Shown: one piece after another, positions 7,503 through 17,340 of the stretch
How the letters are laid out: each line of letters opens with the position of its first letter
Position numbering within the stretch: position 1 is the stretch's first letter
DNA from: a virus
Lineage: Duplodnaviria > Caudoviricetes
Strand: one strand, 5' to 3'
Virus record (IMG/VR): IMGVR_UViG_3300027640_000008
Span: 1 to 39,196 of that record
Length of the DNA: 39,196 bases
Notes under the pieces: model-generated
Told to the model about the DNA's origin: nothing
Database searches by the model: none
What the model saw: the letters and a program-made list of their open reading frames with translations, nothing else
Position numbers and translations under genes: made by a program

Positions 7503-9678
7503 CGTCTGACTCTTCAGCGGTGAACGACACGCCAGTGACCATGCCGCCAACGTCCGCCGCAGCGGTCACACCGGGTACGGACACGTACCGGTAGTGGTCG
7601 GTGGAACGCAACAGGTGCGGGCCCGCGAGTTCACCCAGGTCCAACCACTCAGCCACAGTCGAGTCACCCCTGCCCGAGTCGCGGATCACCTCGAACGACA
7701 CATCCCACCCGCGCTCAGCAGCGTCCGACGCGAACTCCACCCGCTTGTCCCTGCCCGCGAACCGGTGCAACACCTTCGACGCCTTACCCGTCCGGGACAC
7801 GATCGAGATGTTCGTCACGGCGCGGCACACCACCGAGAACCCGGGACCCGCAGACAACCACAAGGACGCACGGTCCCCAGCCTCCGGGGTCGTCACCGTC
7901 ACAGTGGCCGACTGTGCTGTGGACGGCAGTGCCGAGACAGCGACCGCGTAGTAGTCGTTGGTCCCCGCCACCGTGGGCGAGTAGTCCGTCACCGACGTGT
8001 TCAGCGGCACGGCCTCGGCGATGAGGACGAACGCCCCACCGTCCAGGGATCGGTAGACGTTGACGTGAGTGGCGGCGACCTCGGGGGCGGTCGGGGGATC
8101 CGTGACTGTGATCGCCAAGCCCACCGTCGCTGTGTCCGGGTCCCACGTCGCCACCACGACCGGGGTCGGGGGCACGGCGTAGGCGACCGTGAACGCGTTC
8201 GTGTCCCCCAGGGACCACATGCCGTCGGCGTCCTGCACGACGAGTCGTGCCGACCCTGCGAACCCATCACTGAGGGTCGCCTCAAGGGTCGCCGTCGTGC
8301 CCGCACCGACACCAGGCAGGGACTCCACAACCGCGCCCAGGTTGTCGAGCAGGTCGACCTGCCACGCCACCTGAGCCTTGCTCTCGGCGTCGTAGTACGC
8401 CCACGAGACTGTCAGCTCGGACGTTGCCACCACGGACGCGTCGGCCGGGGACGAGATCGTGCCCGTGGGCCGTGCGGACGACGGCAGGGACGCGGTCGCC
8501 GACCAGGGGGAGTAGTCGGCGTGCGCGCCCTTGGTGCGGACCTGCCACTCCACCGTCGTCGGGTTCGCGTAGGTGCCGCCCGTTAGCACCCACGATGACG
8601 TCGCGGACGTGACGGCCGTCTCGGTCGTCCACGTGCCCGCGCCCGCGGCCCGGTGCTGCACCTGGAACGCCGCCTGCCCGGTCGTGTCCACCGGGTTGTG
8701 CTGCCAGGTCAGGGTCACGTTCTCAGTGGCGTCCCGGACCGTCGTCGGGCCCAGGTTCGTCGGCGCGTTCGGCGCGGCCAGCAGCTGCACCGTGTTCGAC
8801 GCCGCCGACTGCGCGGAGATCAGCGACCCGTTGTACGTCGCGACCTTGTAGGCCCAGGTGACCGACGACGACGGGGCTGTGTGCGTGTACCCGGTCAGGT
8901 TCGCCGTCGCCACCGTCGCCAGGAGCGCGAACGCCCCACCGTCCTGGCTGGCGTAGACCTTGATCCCGACGTCATGCCGGGCCGTGTTAGAAAAGCTCAG
9001 GACAATGTTCGCCCCGGACTTCACCGCGGACGGGGTGCCCGGGGCGGCCGGGGTCGTGTACACCGTGGCCGACTCCGCGGAGGTCGCAGAACCTGTGCTG
9101 TTGTTCGCGATCACCCGGTACCTGTAGGAATGATCCGCGCTCGTCGTCATGTCCGACCACGAGTGCGACCCGGTGGTCGTGTAGTACGTCGAGACATCCA
9201 GGACCGTCGCCCACGACCCACCGTCGGTAGACCGCTGCACACGCTGCGACGAGTAGGGTGCCGTCGTCGTCGCATTCCGCGTCCACGAGACCGTGTGCTG
9301 GGTATCCGACACCCGGGTAGCCGTGACACCCGTCGGGGCAGCGGGCAGCCCGGGCGGGATCGACACCGACCCGTTCGTCGAGATGACGTTACTCGCACCC
9401 CAGAACTCGATACCCGTCAACGACGCCGCGAACGACTTCGACGAGTTGTCCTTCGTGAAGTAGACCGTGTTGTCGTAGATCAGTTGCGACCCGCCACCAC
9501 TACCGATGCTGATCGCCGTCGAGTGGTTCGTCAGGTTCGGCCAGTCACCCGTCACGTCCAGGTCGTTCACCGAGTCGGAGACCGCGAGCGACGAGTTGTA
9601 GTAGATCTTCAGGTTGATCGCACGCTGCGTCGTCGAGTCATACGTCGTCGTGAAAGCGTGCGTCAAAGACTGACCCAT
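7495..9678 (-). CDS. minor tail protein with fibronectin type III-like repeats
   Basis: PAAPTGVTAT, YRYRVIANN, PNAPTNL, EWQVRTKG; directly after the tape measure gene. Confidence 0.8.
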   Translation of the reverse strand: MGQSLTHAFTTTYDSTTQRAINLKIYYNSSLAVSDSVNDLDVTGDWPNLTNHSTAISIGSGGGSQLIYDNTVYFTKDNSSKSFAASLTGIEFWGASNVISTNGSVSIPPGLPAAPTGVTATRVSDTQHTVSWTRNATTTAPYSSQRVQRSTDGGSWATVLDVSTYYTTTGSHSWSDMTTSADHSYRYRVIANNSTGSATSAESATVYTTPAAPGTPSAVKSGANIVLSFSNTARHDVGIKVYASQDGGAFALLATVATANLTGYTHTAPSSSVTWAYKVATYNGSLISAQSAASNTVQLLAAPNAPTNLGPTTVRDATENVTLTWQHNPVDTTGQAAFQVQHRAAGAGTWTTETAVTSATSSWVLTGGTYANPTTVEWQVRTKGAHADYSPWSATASLPSSARPTGTISSPADASVVATSELTVSWAYYDAESKAQVAWQVDLLDNLGAVVESLPGVGAGTTATLEATLSDGFAGSARLVVQDADGMWSLGDTNAFTVAYAVPPTPVVVATWDPDTATVGLAITVTDPPTAPEVAATHVNVYRSLDGGAFVLIAEAVPLNTSVTDYSPTVAGTNDYYAVAVSALPSTAQSATVTVTTPEAGDRASLWLSAGPGFSVVCRAVTNISIVSRTGKASKVLHRFAGRDKRVEFASDAAERGWDVSFEVIRDSGRGDSTVAEWLDLGELAGPHLLRSTDHYRYVSVPGVTAAADVGGMVTGVSFTAEESDDA

Positions 9679-12290
9679 CAGGCGCTCACCCCACCCTGTT
9701 GACGGCCAAGCCTGCGAGCATTACCAATGAACTGCTCCAACTGACCAACCGACTGCAAACGCGACACATCCGCCGTGATGTAAACGGTCGTGGTGGACTG
9801 CGCAGAGTTATGGACCGGGCCGTATGCTTCAGGGGCACGACTCCCCATCGCAGCCAACTGGGCCTGGTTGTAGATCATCCCCGACTGGTCCGGGACGAAC
9901 AGTTCCGGCTCACGCTCACCGACCATGTACGGGCGACCAGCAACCACGGGACCGCCCCCGGCCCGGTGCTCGTCGTACCCGCCCTGTGCTCGCACATCAG
10001 CGGTGATGACGAAGTCCTTCATGCCGGCGAGGATCGTCTGGATCGTCCGCAGTTTCCGTTCCGCCGCCGCGGTCTCCACCTCAACGGACACATCGATGTT
10101 CTCCGGGATCAGACCCATCTCATCCGCGAGAGCGTTCGCTTCCTCGGCGCCGAGACCCATCGCGGCGGCAGCATCCAAGAATGCCTGCCGGGACGTCGCC
10201 ATAGTCGCCTGCAACTCTGACTGTGTGGCGTCGTTCTCCTGCATGGACTCGATCAGTTTCCACCCAGACGCAGCCACGTCATCAAGGGCTGACTGGTTCG
10301 CGCGCCCCGCCTCCGTGGTGATATCCAACGTCTTGCCGTTGGTCTCAAGCGCCTCCGTCACACTGTCCAAGGATTCCTCGAACCCGCGTTGCGCGTCCCG
10401 CTCGGACAGCACTACGCCGGCCAGCTCGGCCATGAGGCCAATGGCTTCCTCAATGACCTCAGCCTGGGTTTGCAACTCGCCCGTAGCCGACGCAACACTC
10501 GCCGCAAGATCCTCAGACGAAATCCCCGCAGCCTCATCCGCGATAGCCTTCTGACCCGCAGCCTTCTCCGCACCGGTCAGCGCGTCACGCTCAGCCTGCA
10601 ACGCCTTCGTAAAGTTGTTCATCTCGGTCGTCTTGTGGCTGTGGCCGTCCGCGTACTCCGCAGTGGCGGCATTCACCCGCGCCATAGCGGCCTCTTCACC
10701 AAGAATGGCGGCCTGCAAGTCCTCGACAGTGAGACCCAACCGCTCACCCATGTCGATCAGCGACTCGGGGTCCTTGCCGAAGATGCCGTCAAGGAACCCG
10801 CCCCGGTCAGTGGAGAGCGCGTCGTTGATCGCAGATAAGGTCTCGCCCGTGGTCCGCCCAAACTCGTCGAGCGTGCCCTGAAGTTCTTGCGTCCGGGCAC
10901 GCGCATCCGCAGCCTGCGACGCCCACGCCATCAACGCGATAGTCCCCAACGCGAGCGCACCCGCAGCAACACCACCCGTCAGCTTCGCCGTCGTCGACAA
11001 CAGCTTCAGTTGGGTGATCGTCCGCGACACCGCAAGCGTCAACTTCGCCACGCCCGCCACGCCCACAAGGGCCAGACCACCACCACCGACGATCGCCAAC
11101 AGGGCCGACTGTGCCTCCTCGGGCATCTCCGCGAGCGCGTTCACCACCTCAGTGACCGACTGTGTAAGCCCACGCAACGGCCCCTGCCCACCCTCACCGA
11201 GCGAGATCAACAGGGTCTCGAGCGACCCGCGCAGGATCTTCACGTCGCCCTGCAAGTTGTCGAGGCGGTCGGCGGCGACCTGTGCCGCGTACCCGGACTC
11301 GTCCACGGCCTCAGTCCACTCGCGCACACCCTCAGCACCGTTCTGGTACAGGACGCGCGCGGCGGTGATCTGCTCGTTGCCGAATATCTGACCCAGGGCG
11401 GCTGAACGGGTTGCCTCGTCCATCGCCCCGAACTGGTCCTTGAGTTGCCCCGCGACACCCTCAAGGCCGATGAACTCGCCCTGCGCGTCGAACACGGAGA
11501 TCCCGTATTCCTCCATCGCCCGGGTCGCCGCAGCAGACGGGGCGGTCATCGACATGAGCACACCACGCAGGCCCGTGCCAGCCTTCTGCCCGAGGATGCC
11601 CTGCTCAGCGAACATCGCCAAGGTGCCCGTCGTCTCCTCCAACGACACACCCATCTGCGCTGCCACGGGACCGACGTAGGCGAGGCCCTGTGCGAGTTCC
11701 TCAACCCCACCCACGGCCTTGTTCGCACCTGCGGACAACAGGTCAGCAACCTTCGTCGCATCCTGGCCAGAGAGGGCGAACTGCTTCAAGGTGATGGCCG
11801 TGATCTCGGCGGCGCGGGCCACCTCAAGCTGACCCGCCGCGGCAAGGTCAAGGGTCGCAGTCAGACCGCCAGAGAGGACGTCCTCGGCCGCGACACCAGC
11901 CTTCGCCATCTGCTCAATACCCTGAGCCGCCTCGATCGCCGTGTACGCCGTGTCCCGGCCGGCTTGCATCGCAGCAGCACGCAACTCGTCAAGCCGGCTG
12001 ACACCCGTCGCGGCAACGTTGGACATGGCAGCGGAGAACTCCGCAGACTTCGCCACAGCGAGCCCCGCCACGGCCACCATCGCCAAACCCAGGGCACCCA
12101 TCGCGTTCGCCGTCGTGTTGATCGCCTCACGACGCTGCGCCGCCGCCCGTTCCTCAACACGGGCCATCTCCGTAGCCGCCCGAGACTGCATCTGATGGGC
12201 GCGACGAAACTCCTTCTCCGCCTGAGTGATCCCACGAGCATCAAACTCAGACGACACCATGACCTTGACGTTGCTACCGCTCCAAGCCAC
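9678..12290 (-). CDS. tape measure protein (TP901-like)
   Basis: Long Ala-rich helical protein with AGTGLRGVL and DNLQGD motifs and C-terminal RAGGGPV...VGEREPE. Confidence 0.92.
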   Translation of the reverse strand: MAWSGSNVKVMVSSEFDARGITQAEKEFRRAHQMQSRAATEMARVEERAAAQRREAINTTANAMGALGLAMVAVAGLAVAKSAEFSAAMSNVAATGVSRLDELRAAAMQAGRDTAYTAIEAAQGIEQMAKAGVAAEDVLSGGLTATLDLAAAGQLEVARAAEITAITLKQFALSGQDATKVADLLSAGANKAVGGVEELAQGLAYVGPVAAQMGVSLEETTGTLAMFAEQGILGQKAGTGLRGVLMSMTAPSAAATRAMEEYGISVFDAQGEFIGLEGVAGQLKDQFGAMDEATRSAALGQIFGNEQITAARVLYQNGAEGVREWTEAVDESGYAAQVAADRLDNLQGDVKILRGSLETLLISLGEGGQGPLRGLTQSVTEVVNALAEMPEEAQSALLAIVGGGGLALVGVAGVAKLTLAVSRTITQLKLLSTTAKLTGGVAAGALALGTIALMAWASQAADARARTQELQGTLDEFGRTTGETLSAINDALSTDRGGFLDGIFGKDPESLIDMGERLGLTVEDLQAAILGEEAAMARVNAATAEYADGHSHKTTEMNNFTKALQAERDALTGAEKAAGQKAIADEAAGISSEDLAASVASATGELQTQAEVIEEAIGLMAELAGVVLSERDAQRGFEESLDSVTEALETNGKTLDITTEAGRANQSALDDVAASGWKLIESMQENDATQSELQATMATSRQAFLDAAAAMGLGAEEANALADEMGLIPENIDVSVEVETAAAERKLRTIQTILAGMKDFVITADVRAQGGYDEHRAGGGPVVAGRPYMVGEREPELFVPDQSGMIYNQAQLAAMGSRAPEAYGPVHNSAQSTTTVYITADVSRLQSVGQLEQFIGNARRLGRQQGGVSA

Positions 12291-12295
12291 CGAGA

Positions 12296-12631
12296 TCACC
12301 CCCGACTGTTCATCTCGATGACGGACATGCACCGCGGGCAATCCGCTGCCGTGCCACGCACCAGGCGCACACCAGCACCACGAACCTTCGACTCATCAGT
12401 GGCGTTCGTGTGCTCGACCTGCACACACCCCGGGCACACGTCCACGTGCGCGTGCGGCTGACCGTCATCCGGGTGATACCCACACGACGGGCACCGCTTC
12501 GCCTCATGGGACTGCCACGCCAGCGCCGACGCCTGGTCGGACTCGTCCCACGACAGGAACTCCGACAACGGCAACGCCTTTGGCCCGCAGTAGGCCATAC
12601 GTGCCGCGAACAGGCGGTCGACGCTCAGTCT
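12296..12631 (-). CDS. tail assembly chaperone, frameshift extension (gpGT-like)
   Basis: The -1 frame after GGGAAAA reads RLSVDRLFAARMAYCGPK... Confidence 0.75.
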   Translation of the reverse strand, partial: RLSVDRLFAARMAYCGPKALPLSEFLSWDESDQASALAWQSHEAKRCPSCGYHPDDGQPHAHVDVCPGCVQVEHTNATDESKVRGAGVRLVRGTAADCPRCMSVIEMNSRG

Positions 12632-12960
12632 TTTCCCAGAGCCTCCGCGGGGACGGTGCCGTAGTTCAGGACCAGGAGCCGCTGGTACAGGGCGTTGGCC
12701 TCACCGGCGGACACACCGTCCGTGAGCAGGGTCGTCCACTTGTCCAGGTCGTTGTCCTCGACCGCGCACGCAGACGCCAGGGCGGGGAGGAACGTCGCAG
12801 GGTCCTGCCCACCATCCTCGGCCAAGTGCGCCTGCGACAACGCCTCGTACTCACTCGGCTTCAACGCCTCGAACTCGACCTGAAGCACGGAGTCGCCAAC
12901 CGCGAACGGGAACGTCCCGCGGCGGCGACCCCGTGCCAGGAGATCATCAAGAGCGGTCAT
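12625..12960 (-). CDS. tail assembly chaperone (gpG-like)
   Basis: MTALDDLLARG...ALGKD; between the major tail and tape measure genes. Confidence 0.8.
   Translation of the reverse strand: MTALDDLLARGRRRGTFPFAVGDSVLQVEFEALKPSEYEALSQAHLAEDGGQDPATFLPALASACAVEDNDLDKWTTLLTDGVSAGEANALYQRLLVLNYGTVPAEALGKD
12631..12637 (-). other. programmed -1 ribosomal frameshift site GGGAAAA
   Basis: CTG GGA AAA GAC TGA; a -1 shift joins the downstream ORF. Confidence 0.8.
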
Positions 12961-12961
12961 G

Positions 12962-13450
12962 TCAGACCGCGGCCGGGATCGCCACGTCAGTGGCCGGCTC
13001 GGACGTGATCGCGAACGCCACCGTGATCTGCGCGGCCTGGTCACTGGTGGAACGGACCTTCCCGAGCGAGGACACGCGGATCGGGTACACGTCCATCTTG
13101 GACGCCGCCACGTCACCGCCGTCCATGAAGGCGATGTACCCCTCGGTGTCCTGCGGCAAGGTCGCGCGAACGTCCGTGCCTTCCTTGTCGGCGTAGAACG
13201 TCAGCGAGGACGAGTCCACGGTGATCCGACCGGGCAGGTTCCCCGTGAACCGAGTACCCAGGTCAGCCACCGGGATCGACCCGGCCTGCTTCGTCCAACC
13301 GGAGATGTCCGCGATCTCGTTGGTCAGGACAGTCCCCGCCGTGATCTCAGCCCTGGTGGGGATGAGGGTGGTAGCCGCGATCGTCGGAATGTAAACGACC
13401 TCGGTGACGCCGACCGCGAAGTACCGGTCGGATGTGGTGAGAGCAGCCAT
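12962..13450 (-). CDS. major tail (tube) protein
   Basis: AAGGAG RBS; PTRAEITAG...KMDVYPIRV pattern. Confidence 0.85.
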   Translation of the reverse strand: MAALTTSDRYFAVGVTEVVYIPTIAATTLIPTRAEITAGTVLTNEIADISGWTKQAGSIPVADLGTRFTGNLPGRITVDSSSLTFYADKEGTDVRATLPQDTEGYIAFMDGGDVAASKMDVYPIRVSSLGKVRSTSDQAAQITVAFAITSEPATDVAIPAAV

Positions 13451-13499
13451 GGTGGCTCCTTTGTGTTGGTGAGACCCGAGCCCGACCGGACCGGGAGAA

Positions 13500-13997
13500 T
13501 CAGTTAGTGACGCCAGCCCGCTTGAACGCGGACCCGACAGCCTCGATGACCGCCTTTTCCATCTCGTCCTTGTGGTCCCGTGCCGCGGGGAACAGGTACG
13601 GGCGTGCGGCCTGGTCGACCCAGCGGTCCGCCCCGTAAACGGGGTGACGGAACGGCGACCCGGACAAGCCCTCGAAAGCGCGGGCGTGGGGTGCGATTGA
13701 CGCGCGAGCAGCAACGAACACGCCCATGCGGTTGCCCTTGAGGCTCACCCGGACATTCAGGGAACCGGGGATGCGTGACGACCAGGACGAGTTGGCGGCA
13801 GCAGCGGCCTTGACCTTGTTGCCGACACCGAGAAGCTGTGGGCGCATCTCGCCGCGGAACTCCTCGGGGACCGCCTTGAGCCGGTCGGACAGGTACACAA
13901 CCCCGTCCCAGTTCCAGCCCATCGTCAGACCGGGCGCCCCACTGGACTTCGCTGCACGGCGCGCGGCGTTGTAGTTCGACGTCCCGTAGGTCGTCAA
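13500..13997 (-). CDS. HK97 gp10-like tail completion protein (start uncertain)
   Basis: APHARAFEG...FRHPVYG...WVDQAARPYLFPA. Confidence 0.65.
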   Translation of the reverse strand: MTTYGTSNYNAARRAAKSSGAPGLTMGWNWDGVVYLSDRLKAVPEEFRGEMRPQLLGVGNKVKAAAAANSSWSSRIPGSLNVRVSLKGNRMGVFVAARASIAPHARAFEGLSGSPFRHPVYGADRWVDQAARPYLFPAARDHKDEMEKAVIEAVGSAFKRAGVTN

Positions 13998-14044
13998 CCG
14001 TTCACGTTGACGCCCAACCCGTGTCGCGGTCGAACGCGTCGACC

Positions 14045-14482
14045 TCACAGCAGGCACGACCCCCGGACCGCGAAGAACACCACAACGGACACACCGTCAG
14101 GGGTCTGCAACGGCGCCCACTTCGTGCCACCGGAAACCGACGCTTCCTCCCACACCGACGTGCGGTGCACGTCACGCAACGCGTCATCAATCTGCCCCAG
14201 AATGGTCGACGCCCGGGTCCGCAACGGGCCCACAGCGGCGTCACCCGACACCAAGGTCAACATGCACCCGACCGTGAAGTCCTCACGCATCCTCGGGCGA
14301 CCCAAGCCGTCCTCAATGGACACATCAGTCGAATACCCCGGGCCGTCCGTCTCCAACCCAACAACGATCGCCTCATCCATGACGACATCGAGAGTCGGAC
14401 CGTCCAACACCTGCAAACCTGTTTCCGTCTCAAGCAAGGCCACCAGGGCGTCAACGGCCTCACCTAGACGCGTCGTGGTCAT
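14045..14482 (-). CDS. tail terminator-like protein
   Basis: LQVLDGP motif; position in the neck/tail genes. Confidence 0.65.
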   Translation of the reverse strand: MTTTRLGEAVDALVALLETETGLQVLDGPTLDVVMDEAIVVGLETDGPGYSTDVSIEDGLGRPRMREDFTVGCMLTLVSGDAAVGPLRTRASTILGQIDDALRDVHRTSVWEEASVSGGTKWAPLQTPDGVSVVVFFAVRGSCLL

Positions 14483-14982
14483 GCGAAGCCCGGCACGGTC
14501 ACGGGCGCCAGCAGCTCAGCCGCACGCCGCGGAATGGCGAACCCCATAGGCACCTGCTCGTCACCCTGCGCGAACGCAGCATCCCGACCAGCACGCCCAC
14601 GACGCGTCTCCCACAAGTGCTTCGCGATGATCCGCACCGCTTCATCAACCGACGCGGAATCCCCACGGGTCACCGTGACCGTGTACGCGCCCGGTGTCAC
14701 CACCGTGGCGATGGTCACAACGCCTGACGCCAGGTCCGTGTCCGTGGGTGTCACCACCGCGCCGAGGGGGTCGGTCACCGTGCCCACAGTCGCCAGGTTC
14801 GTCGCGGGGAGGATCAACTTGTACCCCGTGGGGCGAACCGTGACGGTCGAAGCACCAGCCGGACCGACGATGCTGGCAACGTGCTCAAGCGTCGCGTCCA
14901 ACACGTCCTGGACCTGTGCGTACCGACTGTCAGCTGCGGTGATGGCCAGGTAGTCAGCCAGGTCGGCCAGGGTCACGGTCAT
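14479..14982 (-). CDS. head-tail adaptor
   Basis: VTLADLADYL...IIAKHLWETRRG...IPRRAAELLAP. Confidence 0.75.
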   Translation of the reverse strand: MTVTLADLADYLAITAADSRYAQVQDVLDATLEHVASIVGPAGASTVTVRPTGYKLILPATNLATVGTVTDPLGAVVTPTDTDLASGVVTIATVVTPGAYTVTVTRGDSASVDEAVRIIAKHLWETRRGRAGRDAAFAQGDEQVPMGFAIPRRAAELLAPVTVPGFA

Positions 14983-14983
14983 G

Positions 14984-15205
14984 TCAGGACCGCCGCGTCC
15001 GCTTCGGCGCGGGCGGGGCAGGGGCGGTCGTCACGGTGGCCGTCTCAACCTTCGGGGCGGTCGCCGTCTCAACAACCGGCACCGCCGACCCCGCAGCGCA
15101 CATCTTCGCGCCCTCATGGTCAGGCAGGTCAATCACGTCACCCGGTGCAGGCCAGTACGCGCCGTTACGGGTGCCGGTGATCTGGAACTTCATCTTGACG
15201 CGCAT
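14984..15205 (-). CDS. small capsid-proximal virion protein
   Basis: GGAGG RBS; ITGTRNG..WP.PG..IDLPD. Confidence 0.65.
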   Translation of the reverse strand: MRVKMKFQITGTRNGAYWPAPGDVIDLPDHEGAKMCAAGSAVPVVETATAPKVETATVTTAPAPPAPKRTRRS

Positions 15206-15864
15206 ACTGCCTCCATCGATAGAGCGTTTGTGTCGCGCAGTAGGTAGGCAGCCACGGCGAGGCACCTGTCGAGGGGAGATATCTGGTTTGTCTTCGCCTC
15301 AAGCCAACCGAGGGTCAGATTGCACTGAGGGCACATCAGCCCGCGAACACATTGTCCGCACGTTCGGTATCCGTCATTGCAACACTTGTGGTCATGATCG
15401 ACGTGAGCCGACATCGGATGCCCACGAGCGACTAGCAGCGACAGCTCGGTGCCGCAGCCCGTCGCGCATAGACCGTTCTGATCTGCCAGCATCTTGAATA
15501 GGCGCGCGCCCGTTGTGTTGTATGTCGTCAGGATCGGCGCCTTGCTGCGACACAGGGGGCTGCAATATATGGACGCCTTGTGGGTCGGCGGAGTGAAGGT
15601 CTTGCCGCACCAGTTACACGGCACGGGGGCTGGATACCCCGCCCGGTCTCGGTAGCAGCCCTTCTCGCGGCACTTCCGTGAGCAGAATCGGTGGGTGGAC
15701 TTGTACGCCACAAACTCACCTGAGCACCAGGCGCAGGCCGTTAGTGCCGGGCGCCAGCCCGGGCGCGCCGCGTACAGCGCGGCATCGTTGCAACTCCTCG
15801 TGCAGTAGCGCGCGCCCTTGCGGCGTCCGACGATGATGGAGCCGCACTGTTCGCATGTATTCAT
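15190..15864 (-). CDS. endonuclease VII-type homing endonuclease with CxxC zinc-finger repeats
   Basis: HVDHDH...VRGLMCPQCN; three C..CG..F...YCS..C repeats; less GC-biased codons. Confidence 0.85.
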   Translation of the reverse strand: MNTCEQCGSIIVGRRKGARYCTRSCNDAALYAARPGWRPALTACAWCSGEFVAYKSTHRFCSRKCREKGCYRDRAGYPAPVPCNWCGKTFTPPTHKASIYCSPLCRSKAPILTTYNTTGARLFKMLADQNGLCATGCGTELSLLVARGHPMSAHVDHDHKCCNDGYRTCGQCVRGLMCPQCNLTLGWLEAKTNQISPLDRCLAVAAYLLRDTNALSMEAVCASR

Positions 15865-15892
15865 TGGAACTCACCTCTGCAATAGGCGGGGG

Positions 15893-15935
15893 CCACTGAG
15901 GCCGCGCGCGATTGCAGCGCACGCGGCCTCAGTGG
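15893..15935. terminator. strong hairpin after the capsid gene
   Basis: CCACTGAGGCCGCG / CGCGGCCTCAGTGG perfect 14-bp stem. Confidence 0.6.
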
Positions 15936-15950
15936 GGACTAGATCGGGGC

Positions 15951-17135
15951 TCAGGTCCCGGAATGCGTGAACGTCTTCAGGGCATTTGCATCCACGGAAA
16001 CGGAACCGTGGCGCACAACAGCCCTAAACGTCGACACGTCCTCGTTGAACGCGAAGTCGTCCGAGCGCTCAAACCGGAACCCACCCGCGATGCGGGTCTT
16101 GACCGAGGCCAGGTCACCGAACAGGATCGACTCAGCGGACGCGGCCGGAACCGGGATGTTCCCGTCGATCACAACGGGCTTCCCCAGGATCAGGTCAGGC
16201 TGACCAGCGATGACCGCCGGCTGCCACACGTACACGCCGTCCGCGGACTTGATCTTGCGGACGATCGCAGCGGTCGGGTCAGCCAGCACCCACGCGCACG
16301 AAGCGCTGTTCCGGTACGGCGCGGTCACCGAGTGGAACAGGGAGATCAGGTAGTCGAACCCGGCACCCGCGGTCGACTGCACACCGAAGCCCAGGGTCGT
16401 ACCCGTCGCACCCGTCACACCAGCGGCAGCAGCGGCCAGGGCCACCGACGCGGCAGTCGCACCAACGGCGTTACCAAGTTCGCGCCCGGCCCACTTGGCG
16501 AGGTACGCCTCGAGGTTGAACGCGGAGTCCGTGAGCAGCTCGGTGCTGATCTGCACCAGGTAGCCCTGCTTGGACACGGTCGAGTCGACCGAACCGAGGG
16601 TCGGCTCGGACTGGGTGAGCGCGACGGTCTCAGCGGTGGACGCAACGGTCGAGTACGCGGTCACCCGCGGGAACTTGATCGTCTCACCGCTGGTCGTGTT
16701 GATGACGTCGACCTTGGACAGCAGGTCAGCCGCAGCAACCATGTACTCCCAGAGCTGGTTGTGGAATCCCTGGGGGATGACACCAGCACCGGACGTGGTG
16801 GTCAGGTCGGCGCGCTGCTCGATCGGCACGTCGTAGGCCCGGCCAGCCTCGCCACGCAGGAACGCGCGCAGGGCGTTGACCTCAGGGGCGTTGACCCGGG
16901 TGGCGTTGCCGACCATGTCGGCCAGCGCCTCAGTGACGGCCCGGTTCTCCTCGTCAGCCTTGGCGATCGAGTCGATGCGCGAACGCAGTGCCGTGAGGTC
17001 CGCGGACATGGCCTCGTACTGCCCCGCCTCCTCGGCGGTGAGGTCGCGCCCCTCTTCCTCGGCGTGGTCGAGCAGGGCCTTAGCCTGCTCCCAGATGTTC
17101 TGGCGCTTCTCGGCCAGGGTGTCGATGTAGGTCAT
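15951..17135 (-). CDS. major capsid protein (HK97 family, with delta domain)
   Basis: N-terminal coiled coil; ISTELLTDSAFNL, KSADGVYVWQP, ILFGD; GGAGG RBS. Confidence 0.93.
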   Translation of the reverse strand: MTYIDTLAEKRQNIWEQAKALLDHAEEEGRDLTAEEAGQYEAMSADLTALRSRIDSIAKADEENRAVTEALADMVGNATRVNAPEVNALRAFLRGEAGRAYDVPIEQRADLTTTSGAGVIPQGFHNQLWEYMVAAADLLSKVDVINTTSGETIKFPRVTAYSTVASTAETVALTQSEPTLGSVDSTVSKQGYLVQISTELLTDSAFNLEAYLAKWAGRELGNAVGATAASVALAAAAAGVTGATGTTLGFGVQSTAGAGFDYLISLFHSVTAPYRNSASCAWVLADPTAAIVRKIKSADGVYVWQPAVIAGQPDLILGKPVVIDGNIPVPAASAESILFGDLASVKTRIAGGFRFERSDDFAFNEDVSTFRAVVRHGSVSVDANALKTFTHSGT

Positions 17136-17190
17136 AGTGTCCTCCATTGGGACGTGGGGTGCCCCGGCTTGGGGCGTGACAAGGTGACGA

Positions 17191-17340
17191 GTGCGGGTCA
17201 CCGCTGCTCGTCGGGGTGATGCGGGGTGGTGCGTTGCCGGGTGCGGGTCACCGCTGCCCAGGCCGGGAGTTACCGCTGCGCCTCAAGGTCGAACTTCTTG
17301 GCGCGTAGGACCGGCGTCGAGGGGTGCGGGTCGCCGCTGC
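17191..17340 (-). repeat. three 17-bp direct repeats GCAGCGGYGACCCGCAC
   Basis: Copies at 17191-17207, 17241-17257 and 17324-17340; partial copy near 17268-17279. Confidence 0.85.

Noticed and set aside
5429-9678. Diversity-generating retroelement or invertible tail-fibre system
   Set aside because: No reverse transcriptase, no TR/VR pair and no invertase; the CBM repeats are ordinary diverged domain duplications.
12296-12960. Chaperone frameshift as a novelty
   Set aside because: The -1 gpG/gpGT frameshift is a well-known feature of long-tailed phages.
17191-17340. Mini CRISPR array
   Set aside because: Repeats are only 17 bp, spacing is irregular, one copy is coding, and there are no cas genes.
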